Below are positions 26,638-41,500 of a DNA stretch of 64,000 bases, piece by piece. Every line of letters starts with the position of its first letter. The stretch's first letter is position 1. The stretch covers positions 95,542,001 through 95,606,000 of the forward strand of contig JAGIQG010000009.1 of the NCBI GenBank assembly GCA_024679065.1, written 5' to 3'. A model generated the notes under the pieces. The model was not told the DNA's origin. It saw only the letters and a list, made by a program, of their open reading frames with translations, and searched no databases. The DNA is from Sphyrna mokarran. Taxonomy: Eukaryota. Position numbers and translations under genes: made by a program.

Positions 26638-28889
26638 TTGTGAGTTTCCCTATTCTAGTTTTCCGACCGTCCTGTCTTGACAGATTAATTCTCCCATTCC
26701 ACAGTCTATTGTATCCTCATTATTTCTGGACACATAAAACCACACTGGTAGATATACATTATTTATCTCTACTAATAAGGCCTCGCTCAGGTAGGCCGAT
26801 GTTTTGTTCCCTCCTTCACTGGTTAGGTAAATCATTTTATTCGTACTGGGTAAGGGTAGGTCGGTGACAGATAGGGATGCTCCTGTATCCACCAGCATCT
26901 CACATTGCCTGCCCCCTACTAATTCAGACACATAAATCCTTCCTTCCTTCCTAGCCTTGTGAATGGAATCGATCTTGCTGACCCCAGAGGTTCTGTGGTT
27001 CCTCCAGTTCTGCTGTGGTCATGGATTGGGTTAGGGGTCTCCCATGTTTATCCCAACGCACTGCTTCTTTGTGTCCACACTTATTACAGTGCCTTCAATG
27101 TTTCCCTCTGCTCCCGAACCTGTTCGCTTTCCGTGGAGCCCCACAATCCTTCGCAAAATGCCCTTGCCACAGTTGTAGTAAGTCAGTTCCATTCCCGTTC
27201 TGCAGGATGCTACTCTTTCTAGCCTTGTTCTTGCCGGGGATTTCTCTTCTCATGGTACATTGTTAGTCCACTCTACCAACTTATCGTAAACTTGGGACAT
27301 AATCACTCCCATGTTTAGGATGACTTGGTGAGTGCTAGAGAGTCCATCTCCTCCACTTTGTCCTGAGCACTCTTGATATACCTGAAACAATTGTTCATCC
27401 ATATTCAGAAGCTCCTTCCTGATTCGTTCTGGTAATTCTGCTCCAGTTAATGGGAGCATTCCCTAACACTCTTTGAATCTCTGCTTTAAACTGGATGAAG
27501 GGTACCTGTTGGGCATCTATCTCCAATGTTAGGGGGACTACATCTGTTCACTGTCCCCTTGTATAATCCTGTGTTGGAGAAGCAGCAGATCCACCTGCCT
27601 CCACTTATCCGCTGAACCAGCTGCCCTGATCAGCTGGTGTATGTCTCTCGGGTATAATTGGTGTCCTACCTAGATTGTGTTTAATTCTTCCTAGAATTTA
27701 GTGTTTGCACTTGTAGGTTGTAATTTACCCAGGGAAGCCATTATCTGCTGCCTCTTACCTGAGGTGAATGTTTATAATTTGCCTTTCGTTGCACATCAGT
27801 TCCCCCTTGGGTTACTGAAGCTAAGTTGTGTTGTCTGGAGGAGTGGCTGGTCCCTGTTGTGTGGACTCATGAGGAGGTAGAAGAATTGTCTCCCCTCTCC
27901 ATTGCTTCTCTTGGTTTTGTTTCTCTAGTTCCCTCACTCAGGATTCTAATTCTGTAATCTTTTCTTTATCTTCACTCCACTTCTTAGTAGAAGAAGCTAG
28001 TTGCTCAACTAGTCCAGTTAACTGATGTATTAACATTACTCCTATCTTCCTTGTCTTGTTTCTCTTTTCTCCATCCATCCACTTTCTCTGATGCTCTAAG
28101 GTCTGAGAAGTATCCCGGGCCGTCCTTTTGCATTCTCTTTACTAACGCTCACCTGTCTGTCACGTACAGTTCAATAAGAGATCATGCAAATCCTCTCTTA
28201 ACTTCATTATCTGCCATTTCACAGACCTCATTATCCCCAGTCACTACTGCTACCTTGGCAATGTGTTTAGGCACTGTACGGCCACGATTGCTCTCCAGTA
28301 AAAGTGTGTTCTCTATTGTAAGACTTCACTACCACCAGCCACTATTACTAATCTACCACCGTGTTTCACTATCGTCTCAGGGTTTCAATTCATACTCACA
28401 GGTCCCATTATTGCCAACTCGGCAATGTGCTTCTCCACCAGAGTCCGGTTTAGGTCAGAGTTAATCAAGCTCCTTTTCTGCCTCGCTTTTACAACATTGA
28501 CAGTACAGTTCCTAACTTTACAAACTTCCATGCAATCAGATGGCAACTCTGTGGTTTGTTCGCCACCATAGAGTTTGATGTTAACCGACCTCTGCCACTT
28601 GTGCTTCACAATCCTAAGTGTCCTTGGTGCCTCTGTATCCATTTCAACTCCTGGTCATTGCATGGGAGATTTCCCCTCTTAACAATCTAAGGCTGGGTTG
28701 TTTGAGACAGGCACTACCTTGTCCTATTGTGGTCAGCACAAGTAACAGCTACTTATCACTATTAACAGTTAGTACTTATCACTATATCATACACAACAAT
28801 ACTCATTACTACAAATACCCAATCCGTTTAACTTCTTTCAAACTGTATTCTATTCCCCTGCTTTGCCACTACTTGATTCAGAGTATAGA

Positions 28890-29400
28890 AGATCAGGTCA
28901 GAACCAGTGTTCTAGTTCCTGGGGTTTGATTGAACGTATACAAAACCAGTTCAGACCAATATTCTTATTTCCCTCTTACACTGGATTCAGTTAAAGTATT
29001 CAAAATGATTTGAGACTAATAACCTTGTTTCCCCATTTTACTGGTGTTCCATTTAAAATATACAAGACCATTTCAGACCAGTATGCCTTTTTCTTCATTT
29101 ACAGGTGTCCCATTTAAAGTACACAAAGCCAGTTCAGACCAGTAATCTTGCTTCCCTGTTTTACTGGTATTCAAAGTATACAAGACTATCAGACCAGGAT
29201 TTCTATCGCCCCATTTTCCTGGGGCTCAATTTAGAGTATACAAGACCAGTTCAGACCAGTATTTTTACTTCCCATTTCACTCATATTCCATTTAAAATAT
29301 ACAAACCCAGCTCAGACCACTAATCTTGTTACCCCATTTTTTAATGGTGTTTAATTTAAAGTATACAAGACCAGTGCAGACCAGTATTTTTGTTTTCACA
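28890..29400. repeat. Degenerate ~60-bp tandem repeat, 8-9 units
   Basis: Recurring AAAGTATACAAGACCAGTTCAGACCAGTA..CCCCATTTTACTGG. Confidence 0.8.
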
Positions 29401-32400
29401 TTTCATTAATTCTTCCTCCTGGGTCAATGAAGAGCACTTTCAAGCTGATAGGAAAACATGTCAAGATGACTTTAAACAGAAGATTAAAGTAGGGATTGGA
29501 ACAGCAGTGTGAATGTGCAGAAGTGTAGAGACCTTGTGGTGCAACGGAGGAGGTGCAGGATGTGAGGCCACATCCTCTGATAAGGATCAGTATCATTCCT
29601 CCTTTTACAAAGACCTGTGAAGTTTCTTGGGTTGTTTTATTAAATGACAGGTGTTTAAATTGTTCTTTCACCAAATGAAGTTACAAACTAAATATCAGCA
29701 TAGGAGGGAAACCAAGGGACAAATAAGAATGGGGAAATTTACATGGTTAGTATTGGCAGAGAAAACATGGTGAATTAACTAATTTACAGAGTATGGACAT
29801 TGGGAGATGGGGAGTATTTGGAAGGTGCTGCTTAAGGAACCTGGGTGAGTTTCTGCAGTGTATCTTGGGGGTTAGATGTACACACGGCTGCCACTGTTCA
29901 TTGATGGAAAGAAACTGAAGGCTTGTATCAGGAATGTCAATCAAGCAGACTGCTTTGTCCTTTTTATTACCTGACAGGTGTTTAAGTTGTTATTTTCAGC
30001 AATGAAGATGCAAATAAACATCATGAATGTAAAAAACTAAGGGGCAAATAAGAATGAGGAAATTAACATAATTAATATTGGCAGGGAAAAATGTACTCAA
30101 GAAACTTCCAGGATTTAAATCCAACAAATCCCCAGGAAGTGATGGATTCCATCCCATGGTTTGAAAGGAGGTTGCTGCAGTGATAAACTTTTTGAAATTA
30201 CTTTACAGGACACGGGTAGCGGCGATCTGGGACGTGGTACCTGAGGAACCTGGGTGAGTTTCTACAATGCATTTGTCAAGTATTAAACACTCGCTGAAGG
30301 AGGTCCCCGCTATTCATCGGAACTGAATGTTTGTGGAAAGGATGTCAGTTAGATAGACTGCATTGTCCTGGAGCTTCTTGAGCGTTGTTGGAGCTGCACT
30401 CATTCAGGCAACTGAAGAGTATTTAAAAACATTTCTCATTTATTCCTTAGATAGTGCACAAGCTTTCAAGAATCAGGAGGTTGAGTTGTTCACTTCTGAT
30501 CTGATCTGGTAGTGAGAGTATTTATATATGTCGTCCAGTTTTGTTTCTGATCAATGGTAAACCCCAGGATGTTGAGTAAATTATTTGTTTTAGCCTCCTC
30601 CAGAAACCCCAGCATCAGAGATACATGTCTTCAACCAATTCGGGGCATTCAGCGATGATAACGCAATTGAAGTTAAATGGAGATGGTTACAGCCTCTTTG
30701 CTGGAAATGGTAATTGCCTGGCACTTGTGTGGTGCCAATGTTAATTGCCACTTGTCAGCCCAAGCCAGGATATTGTCCAAGTCTTGCTACATTAGATCAT
30801 TAGTAAACATCTCCACTTCTGATTTTAGGATGGAAGAGAGATCATTAATGAAACAGCTGACGATGGCTGGCCCTAGGACACTATTCTGAGGAACTGGTAT
30901 CCGAGAGCTGAAATGATCAACACGCGACCATCACAACAATTTCTCTTTGTGCTAGGTATGACTCCAACCGACAGAAGGTTTCCCCCCAATTTCCATTTAC
31001 TCCAGTTTTGCTAAGGCTCCTTGATGTCACACTCTGTCAACCGCTGCCTTGATGTCAATGGCATTCTTACCTCTCCCCTGGAGTTTAGTCCTTTTGTCCT
31101 TGCTAAGTGCCGCATGATAGCACCATTAACATCTTAACCGTGTGATTATTATTAAACTTAAATACAATCGTGATTGCCATTCGACAGTAACAAGTATTGC
31201 AATTAAACTTTAACCGTGTGATTATCATGAAATATTACGTAATTGTGATTAAAGCTTAACCCGTGATTGTCATTTGATGTGGAGGTGCCAGTGTTGAACT
31301 GGGGTAAGCACAGTTAGAAGTCTCACAACACCAGGTTAAAGTCCAACAAGTTTATTTGGTAGCACAAACCACTAGCTTTCAGAATGCTGCCACTTCATCA
31401 GGTGATGGGATTTCAGTTCACAAACAGGGCATATAAATACACAAACTCAATTTACAAAATAATACTTTGAACGCGAGTCTTTACAGGTAATAAAATCTTA
31501 AAGGCACAGACAATGAGAGTGCAGAGAGGGTTAAGCACAGGTAGGTCCGCCATCAGTCACTGGCTGTCAGCTCGAGAAAGTTAAAGCTTCAATGATTGTC
31601 TCATCCTCCCACTGATCTCTCTGGAGGTCTTGATAAATAATAAAGAGAAAAAAATCCATTGTTACAAAAAGAGGAAAACACAGCAGACACAGAATATCCC
31701 CAACAAAACCCATCAAACCCTGTAGAGCCCTGACACCTAAAACTGCAGAAAGCTGGAGAAGTTCAGAAAGCGTAGGGGTGAAATTAGAAGAAAAATTGGG
31801 AAAACAAAGAGAGTGCTTGGAAAAAATACTTTTAATTAAAATTGAGGAATATCCAAAAATTGAAAGTCACAAAGGAAAGAGTTGGGTCTATTGGAGACCA
31901 AAACACTAAACTGGATGAGGAAGCAGAGGATGTGGGAAGATTGTGGATGAATAATTCAGAAATCTGGGAACCAATGATAATACAATGATGTAGTTCAGGA
32001 AGAGGAGATTTAATGATAGCATAGGATAAACATTGCAAGACAGTAACTATTAATGGGTTTAACATTTTTGGAATGGACAAATCACCAGGCCGCTGAAAGA
32101 AGCAAGGGAGAACATTACAGAGGTTTGGGAATCAGAAACCTCTGTAACGTCATGTTATTAACCTGCCCTGACATCTTTCCCAATCAGTGGACATATCCCT
32201 CCTTTGCCCCTCTGTTCCTCCACGTTACTAATTATCCTCCTATTTTCTCCATAGTAACAGAAGCGGTGAAAGAGGATTGAAGGACTGAGTGACTATCCAC
32301 TAGTTAGCTTAATATTGGCAGTGGGAAAATGATTGGAATTGATTTTGAGGAACAGTGCAAAGCTTCATTTAGGAAGGCACAGATTAATCAAGGAAAGTTA

Positions 32401-33565
32401 GCATGGATTTGTTAAGGAAAGCTCAGTTCAGACAAACCTCATTTGTTTGTGGAGGGTTGCTGAGGACAGTGTGGTGAGTTCTGGGATCTATAGGGCCCAG
32501 AATTTTTTCCCTTATTTTCTATAATTTATACAAATTATTTAGCTTCTAATGGAGGGAAAATGATGAAGTTTACAGATGTATAAATATTGTCCGTGTGGGT
32601 GACAGTGAGGAGGAAAGCTTCAGACCACAGGAAGATAGGATGGTCTGGGCAGTTGGGAAGAACAGTGGAAAATGGAATTCACTCCGGAGCAGTGAGAGGT
32701 GATGGATTTTTGGAGGAATAACAAGGCAAAAGGGATCCCCCAAAAAAATGGGAGGATAATGAGTAATGTGGAGGAACAGACAGGCCAAGGACAGATATGT
32801 CCACCAATTGGGGAAGGAGTCAGACAGGTTAATAACATGATTAAGAAGGTATACAATAAGTTTTCTTTTGTTAGCCAAGGTGCAAAACTTGGTTCTACTA
32901 GAACTGCAAACAACACCAAATAGACTACAGCTGAAGCATTGCACACAGTCTGGTCAGCATATCACACAAAGATGTGATTGTACTGGAGAGAACGCAGAGG
33001 AAATTGTTTAATATGGAGAACTCTTCGTTATCAGGCAGGGATTCAATGGGCTGAATGGCCCACTCCGAAGCACAGATGTTTTAAGATTCAATGTTCCACC
33101 TATGAAACACCAGCTAAACCCATCAGATCCCCAAACACCAGCTAAACTCCTGAGTTCTACTCCACACCCCAAACATTCAGCAAATGATCAGAATCACAAA
33201 ACATGACTGATGTGAAATCCTGTGGGAATGATAGACCCCAGTAGCCAACATCAGGGAAAACTCTGGGAATTTTCACTTCCTTGATGAAATTGAGCAGCTT
33301 CGCGGACGCTGTCCAGGATGAGATGTTTCTGTCTCAACACCTCAATACCACAATCTCTCCACCCTCAGACTGTACAGGAGCAGCCGTCTCCAGAAGGCCA
33401 GTCTCAAAGCTCAGTGTTGGATTGGATGAACTGCTCTTTAGTGACTATACAGCGAGAGACAGACACTGAGCTCACATCCCACTCACCAGATTGTACAGTT
33501 AAATCCAGCTGGAATATCCCGGTTAGCAGGATTAACTCTCAATATTTATCAACACAGTTCGTACC

Positions 33566-36500
33566 TCAAAAACGCGATAAGGAGCTGGATGAGGCATCCC
33601 CTTCATCAGAAGCTGTTAAAGGAAAAGGAGGCATTAAAAACTGTTTATTATGAGAAACAGAGGCTGTGAATGTGATAAAGAGAGAATGAGAGAGACAGAG
33701 AGACACAAAGAAAGAGGTTCTAACACACATACTGACAGTGACACACAGAATTAAACTCTAACTCTCTCTCACACACACACAGTGTTTGATGATCAACTTA
33801 CTATTTGTAGGATCGTAGTCACTCTTCCCCCTCCCTGTAAAATAAGGAATGTTCAGGAAGTGATGAGACTGAGAGAAAATCAGAGACAGAGGCTGGAACT
33901 CTCACTCGTACTGAGCCCCTACAACAGAATTCTGAATCTTCACTCCCACCACGACCTGAGACCCTCACTCCCTCCCTGACTCTGGACCATTACCCTGACC
34001 TGAGGCTCTCACAGATACCCTGAGATCCATCCACAATCTAAGACCCTTCCAACAATTACAGACACTTCTTTTTTATCATGAGCCCCTTATCCTCTCTATC
34101 CCAACCCTGGGGCTCTTCCACCTACTCTGTGCCCCCCAACACTGACCTGAGACCCACATCCTGAGCCACCCCCACTCTGCAATACTCTCCCAGAATCCCT
34201 CTCCCCATGAGGAGCTGCTATTTTCCCTCCAATTCCTACCTTTCTTGTTGTTGATGACGACAGCCACAATGATGAGAGCGATCAGCACAAGGACCCCGAC
34301 CACAATCCCGACAGTAACAGCAACCTGGGAGCGAGACTTTGGTTCTGTTAGAGAGAGAGAGAGAATCAGAGAAACTGAGTGAATCAGAGAGAGGGAAAAG
34401 TGATCATCAGAGAGAGAGAGAATGAGAGAGAGAGCACTAGCATCTAAGAATGAGTGAGGAGGCGAGTAAAAGAAAAAGCTCAAAAAGAATGAGAGTGAAT
34501 CAGAGAGGAAGAAAGAGAAGCGAGAGAGTGAACAGAGAGTGAAAGAGAATCAGGAAACACAGGATATACGAGACATAAATTGGTTATTTGGCCCATCCAG
34601 TTGATACTTGTGTCTTACTTGAGCCTCCTTCCATCTTTTTTTCTCATCTAATTTGACCATTTTAACTCTATTCCCTTCTCCCTCATTTGCTTGTCTATCT
34701 TCCCCTTAAACTACACTGTTCAGTTCAGCCTCTCCCTGTGGCAGCGAGCTGCACACTCTCATCACTCTTTGGGTGAAGAAATTTCTCATGAATTCCCCGT
34801 TGGGTTTCTTGTACTGACGACCACTGAATATGCTCTTCCCACAGGAGGAACACTCTCAATGTGTCCACTCTATAAAAAGAACTTTCATAATTTTAAAGTC
34901 CTCAATTAGATCAACCCTCAGCCTTCTGTTTTCTCAAGACCTGAGATGAGCCGGTCAATCCTTTCCTGAAATGTCCACCCACTCATTTCTGGAATCACCT
35001 CTGTAAATCTTCTGTACACTCTCTCCCTGACTCTAATTCCTTTGTACGAAATGGTGACTGGAATGGCACATGGTTTTTAAATGTGGTTTAATCAAGGTTT
35101 GGCTATAACATCCGTGCTTTACAATTCTATTCCTCAAGAAGTAAAACCTGGTTTTCGATTGTATTTTGTTTATTGCCTAACCTGTAACTGTATGTTTACT
35201 GATTGGTGAATTTGAAATCAAGATCATTTGTTTCTCAACCCTCCCTATACATCGTTAACTGAAAAATACTTCACATTTATCTGCGCTGAACTTGATTCAC
35301 CAACTATTTGCTGAAATTTATTCATGTCCTATTATAGTACTCCAGTTCTCCTCAATATCAAATAATTCCCCCAATTTGATGTTATCTACAAACTAAGAAA
35401 TGGTGTTTTTCATTCCAATATCCAAGTTATGGAGTGTAAGTTGTGAATAACAGTGATCCCAACACTGATCCTTGTGGAATGATGGAGGAGCCCAGCACAT
35501 CATTGCAGAAGATAAAGTCGAAGTTTTCGCAGCAATCTTTAGCCTGAAATACCAAGTGGATGATCCATCTCAGCCTCTTCCAGTGCTTCCCAGCATCTCA
35601 GATACCAGTCTTCAGATAATTCGATTCACTTCACGTGATATCAAGATACAGATGGAGACACTGGATACTGCAAAGGTAATGGGCCCTGAAAACATTCCAC
35701 CAATAGTACTGAAGATTTGTGCTCCAGGACTTGCTGCTCCCCAAGCCAAGCTCTTCCAGGACAGTTACAACACTGGCATCTACCCAACAATGTGGAAAAT
35801 TGCCCAGGTATGGCCTGGACACAAAAAGCAGGATAAACCCAACCCAGCCAATTCCTGCCCAGTCTACTATCGATCACCGGTAAAGTGATGGAAGGGGTTA
35901 TTGACAGTGTTATCATGAAGCACCTGCTCAGCAATGCCCAGTTTGGGTTTCCCAGGGTCACTCAGCTCCTGACCTCATTACAGCCTCGGTTCAAATATGG
36001 ACAAAGGAGCTGAATTCCAGAAGTGAGGTGAGAGTGACAGCCCCTGAAATCAAGGCCACATTTGACCAAGCACGAATCAAGGAACCTTAGCAAAACTCAA
36101 ATCAATGGGTATCAGGGGGCAAACTCTCCACTGATTGGAGTCAGACCTGGTACATAGCAAGATGGTTGTGGTTGTGGAGGGTCAGTCACCTCAACTCCAT
36201 GACATCTCTGCAGGAGTCCCTCAGGATAGTGTCCGAGGCCCAACAATATTCAGCTGCTTCATCATAAAGTCGGAAGTCTTCACCGATGATCACGCAATGT
36301 TCAGCACCATTCGCGAATTCTCAGATACTGAAGCAGTCCATGTTCAAATGTAACAACATCTGGACAATAACCAGGCTTGGGCTGACAAGTGGCAAATTCG
36401 CGCCACACAAATGCTAAGCAATGACCATCACCAATAAGAGACAAACTAACCACTACCCCTTAACATTCAATGATGTTAACATCACTGAATGCCCCACTGT

Positions 36501-38504
36501 CAACATCCTTGAGGTTACCATTGACCAGAAACTCAGTTGGACTCACTACATGTGGCTGCAAGACAGGTCAGAGGTTAGGAAAACTCACCATCTGACTCCC
36601 CAGAGCCTACTCACTATCTACAAGACACAAGTCAGGAGTGTAATGGAATATTCCCCACTTTCCTGGATGGGTGCACCTCCAACAACACTCAAGAAGCTTG
36701 GCATCATCCATGATAAAGCAGCCTGCTTGATTGGCAACACATCTACAAATATTCAATCCATCTCCCACTGATGCTCAGCAGCAGCAGTGTGTACTATCTA
36801 CAAGATGCACTCCTGCAATTCACTGAAGATCCTTTGAAAGCATGTTAAAAATACATGATCATTTCCATCTAAAAGGACAAGGAGAGCAGACAAATGGAAA
36901 AACCACCACCTGCAAATTCCCCTCCAAGCCATTCACCTTGGGAATAATATGACTTGGAAAGATATCAACGTTCCTTTGAGGTCATTGGGTCAAAATCCTA
37001 GAATTCCCTCCCTAACAGCATTGTCACCATCACCTTCTCAAGGGCAACTAGGGATGGGCAATAAATGCTGGGCAGCCAGCGACACCTATATCCCATGAAT
37101 GAATAAAAAAGAACATTTTCCACTTTCTGTCACTCCGAATAACTCTCTTTACTCACACTTTCTGCTTTCATTCTCAAAGTCAGCGAGTGATCCATTTTGT
37201 CACTCATCCCCTAACTCCACTTGTCAATCAGTTCACCATGAACCCTCTTTTCGATTACATTTGAAAAATTTTATATCTATTACATTACCATTGTCTACTC
37301 TCTCTGTCACGTCCTCAAAAAATCTACCAAGTGAAGTTAAACAACATTTTCCATTTCAAAATCCATGCTGACTATTCATTGTCATAGTATTTGATTCTAG
37401 ATTTTCATGAATTGTCTCCAATAAAAGGAATTCCATTATTTTTCTGAATACTGATCTTAATCTGACTGAAATAAACTTCCAGGATGCACTGGGTCCTATC
37501 CTACTATAATATTTATTATTGTCACATGTACTGGTACACAGTGAAAAGTATTGTTGCTTGGATATACTGGGACCTCTAATATCCCAGGCACACAATGCCC
37601 AACTCCTATAACATCGCAGGATACACCAAGCCCTGTCTGCCCTCTAATATCCCAGATACATTGGGCCCTATCTCTTGTAATATGTCAGGTAAACCAGGCC
37701 CTGTCTATCCTCTAATATCGCAGGCACATTGAGCCCTACCTCCTGTAATATCCCAGGACACATCAGGCCCTCTCTAATCTCTAATATTCCAGGCACACTG
37801 GGCCCTACCTATTGAAATATCCCAGGGTACACCAGACCTTGTCTATCCTCTAATATACCAGACACATTAGGCCCTACCTCCTACAATATCCCATGATATC
37901 CTGGGTCATCACATACAGTAATATCCCAGGATACACCAGGCCCTTTCTACCTTTGAATATCCCAGGCACAGTGCCCTACCTCTTGTAATATTCCAGGATA
38001 CGCCAGATCCTGTAAGGCTGCAATATCTCGGAATACAGTGGGATTTGTTCTACTGTAATATCCCAGGATACACTGCATTCTCTTTATTACTGCAGTATCC
38101 CAGGATACATTAGGTCCTGTCAGGCTGCAATATCCCAGATATACTGGGCCCCACCATACTGTAATGTTCTAGAATACCCCAAATCCAGACTTACTCTAGT
38201 GTCCAGTGGTACACCAGGCTCTGTGCTATTGTAATACCCCATGAAACACAACATCATGTTGTACTGTAATATATCAGGATACACCAACACCAGTCATACT
38301 TTAATATCCCAGGATACACCAGGCCCTGTTATACTGTAATATGAAATGGAGATGCCAGCACTGGACTGGGGTAAACACAGTAAGAAGTCTCACAACACCA
38401 GGTTAAAGTCCAACAAGTTTATTTGATTGTAAACCCACTAGCTTTCAGGGTTTGCCCTTCCCGCGAGTGAGTGGAGAGTCAGGTCACAAACAGAGCATAT
38501 AATG

Positions 38505-38539
<35 letters not shown>

Positions 38540-41500
38540 ATAGAATACTGATTAGAATGCGAGTCTTTACAGCTAATCAAGTCTTAAAGGTTCAGACAAT
38601 GTGAGTGGAGATAGCAATAAGCACAGGTTAAAGAGATGTGTATTGTCTCCAGATAGGACAGTAAGTGAGATGTTGCAAGCCCAAGCACATCATGGGGGTT
38701 ACAGATAGTGTGACATAAACCCTAGATCCCGGTTGAGACCGTCCTTATGTGTGCAGAACTTGGCTATCAGTTTATGCTCAGTGACTCTGTGCTCTCGTAT
38801 GTCATGAACGCTGCCTTGGAGGATGTTTACCCAAAGATCAGAGGCTGAATGCCCGTGACCGCTGAAGTGTTTCCCAATAGGAAGGAAACAGTCTTGCCTG
38901 GTGTTCATTCATCCGTTGTCGTATCGTTTGCATGGTCTCCCCAATGTACCATGCTTCGGGACATCCTTTCCTTCAGCGTATCAGGTAGACAACATTGGCC
39001 GAGTTGCAAGAGTGTGTGCCGTCTACCTGGTGGATGATGCTCTCACATGAGATGACGGCATGCATGTCAATGATCTGGCATGTCTTGCAGAGGTTGCTGT
39101 GACAGGGTTGTGTGGTGTCAACAAGTGAATGAACACTGCTCTACGATCACCAGTAAGACAGTTCCCTTCTTGTTGCTGAGCACTTCAGTGGTCATGGGCA
39201 TTCGGTCTCTGACCTTCGAGTAAACACTCTCCAAGGCACCCTTGACAACTTACGACAGAGCAGAATCACTGGGCATAAACTGATAGCCAAGTTCCGCACA
39301 CGAGGATGGACTCAACCAGGATCTTGGGTTCATGTCACACTATCTGTAACATCCATGACTTGCCTGGGCTTGCAACATCTCACTAACTGTCCTGTCTGGA
39401 GATAATACACATCTCTTTAACGTTAATGCTATTCCACTCACATTGCCTGTATGTTTAAGAATTGATTAGCTGTAAAGACTCACATTCTAATCAGTATTCT
39501 GTGTACCTTTATATGTTCTGTCTGTGACCAGAACTCTCCACTCACCTGACGAAGGGGCAAACCCCGAAAGTGAGTTGGTTTACTGTCAAATAAACTTGTT
39601 GGACTTTAACCTGGTGTTGTGAGACTTCAATACTGCAATTTCCCAGGATGTACAAAGACAATTCATATTTTAATATCCCAGGATACACCAGACTCTGTTA
39701 TACTGTAATATCCCAGAATACAATAGGCATTGTTATACTATAACATAACATCCCAGAATACACAAACACCAATCATACTGTAATAGCTCAGAATACACAA
39801 ACACGAATCATACTTCAATATCCCAGGACTCTCTGGGCTCATCATACTGTAATCCCAGGATACACTGCGACCCGTTTCGCAATAATATCCCAAAATACAC
39901 TGAGTCTTTTCACACTCTAATATCCTGGGTAAACCAGGCCCTGTGTACAGTCAGATCCAAGGATACACTTGGTCTTGTCCCTGCTGTAATATCCCAGGAT
40001 ACACTGGACCCTGACCAACTAAAGGATCTCATGATACACAGAACCCTGTCTCACTGTAACGTCCAAGAATGCAATGGGTCCTCCATACCAGTTATTTCTC
40101 AGTATGCACCACGCCTTGTTTTTTTTTAAGAGCAACACAGCACGGGAAACAGGCCCTTCGGCCCAACGAGCCCGCGCCGCCACCATAACTATATAGTAGC
40201 AATTCCATTATCCTATTATAAATTTAGGTTATTCCTAATATGGAAGACTCTCACTATAGGGACAATTTGTTTCCCAATCAGCCTAAGAGCAAATTTTTGG
40301 GTTGTGGGAGGAAACTGGAGCGCCCGGAGAAAACCCACGCAACCACGGGGAGAACGCGCAAACTCCCGCAGACACCGGCCCAATTCCAAGTGTCTGCACA
40401 GCCACATCGATAGTCTCTGAGCTGAGCTGAGTTGTTGTGCTGTAATATTCCAAGGTACACCAGCCCGTATCCATGCTGTGATATCCACCAACACACGGGA
40501 TCCTGTTGCACTGGAATACAGAAGGATACAGTGGGGCATGTTTCATATCAAATCCACAGACGCACAATTATTTCCCTCTAATGGTGGTGCCATGATACAA
40601 TGAAGGTTAATATTTATTTCCCTCTCTCTATATCCCAGGCCTTGGGCTGTCCTGGGCTGACAGCTCAGCACTGACCCTCCCTCCTGTGATCCTGGTCTGA
40701 GGCTGGGTCCTCTCTAACAGTGAGAAACAGTCTTACCGTAAATCACCACCAGTGTCTCCTTCATCCCGCTGTGTTCCACCCGACAGGAATACTCGGCCTG
40801 GTCCTCTGGATCAAACTCGATCCATTTCCGGATCTGGTAGGTGCTGTCGTGATTGGGTAAGATCCCAGTGGACAGAGTCTCACCAATCACCACTCCATCT
40901 CTGCACAGATTCACCTCGATGGCTTGAGGGTAAAACCCGGTGACGGCACAGGACAGCCGGTTAGAATCACCCAAACGGGTAAAGGACACGACGGGGGGAA
41001 CTGAGAGAGAAAGAAAGAGGAGTCAGTACAGGAACCTCGAGATAGAGAGTCCCGGCATCACCCCCTTCACCGACTCTCACTCCCCCCCTCACTCACCGAC
41101 TCTCACTCACCCCCTCACTCACTGACTCTCACTCCCCCCCCTCATCATCGACTCTCACTCCCCCCTCGCTCACCGACTCTCGCTCCCCCTCACTCACCGA
41201 CTCTCACTCCCCCCCTCGCTCACCGACTCTCACTCCCCCCCTCACTCACCGACTCTCACTCCCCCCTCACTCACCGACTCTCACTCCCCCCCTCACTCAC
41301 CGACTCTCACTCCTCCCCTCACTCACCGACTCTCACTCCCCCCCTCACTCACCGACTCTCACTCCCCCCCTCACTCACCGACTCTCACTCCCCCCCTCAC
41401 TCACCGGCTCTCAATTCTCTCTGTCCATACTCCAAGTATTTTCTCAGCCACTCGATACACTCCACCTTCAGGTAATGTTTCCATCGCTGGTTGTTGTCAG

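Larger units (their letters stand above)
24990..28650 (-). mobile_element. Degenerate, internally deleted endogenous retrovirus (gag-pro-5'RT-3'env)
   Basis: Broken CCHC knuckle YNCGK/GHFAKDC (~27140-27180). Protease MLVDTGAS (26650-26931). RT N-terminus HRQ*PI..TNSPAWPVSKADG..RLTID..APIVASPS..FTV (26110-25860). env SU/TM 25800-25050. No LTR recognised; the left and right limits are approximate. Confidence 0.85.
37470..40530. repeat. Degenerate ~35-bp satellite in MHC intron 4, split by Penelope and CR1 insertions
   Basis: Recurring CTGTAATATCCCAGGATACAC(T/C)(G/A)GGCCCTG. Confidence 0.85.

Noticed and set aside
28890-29400. CRISPR-like repeat/spacer appearance (also 37470-40530)
   Set aside because: Eukaryotic DNA, spacers are homologous to each other, no cas genes
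24900-29600. Paired LTRs, PBS and PPT for the ERV
   Set aside because: No convincing direct terminal repeats or tRNA-complementary PBS found by eye
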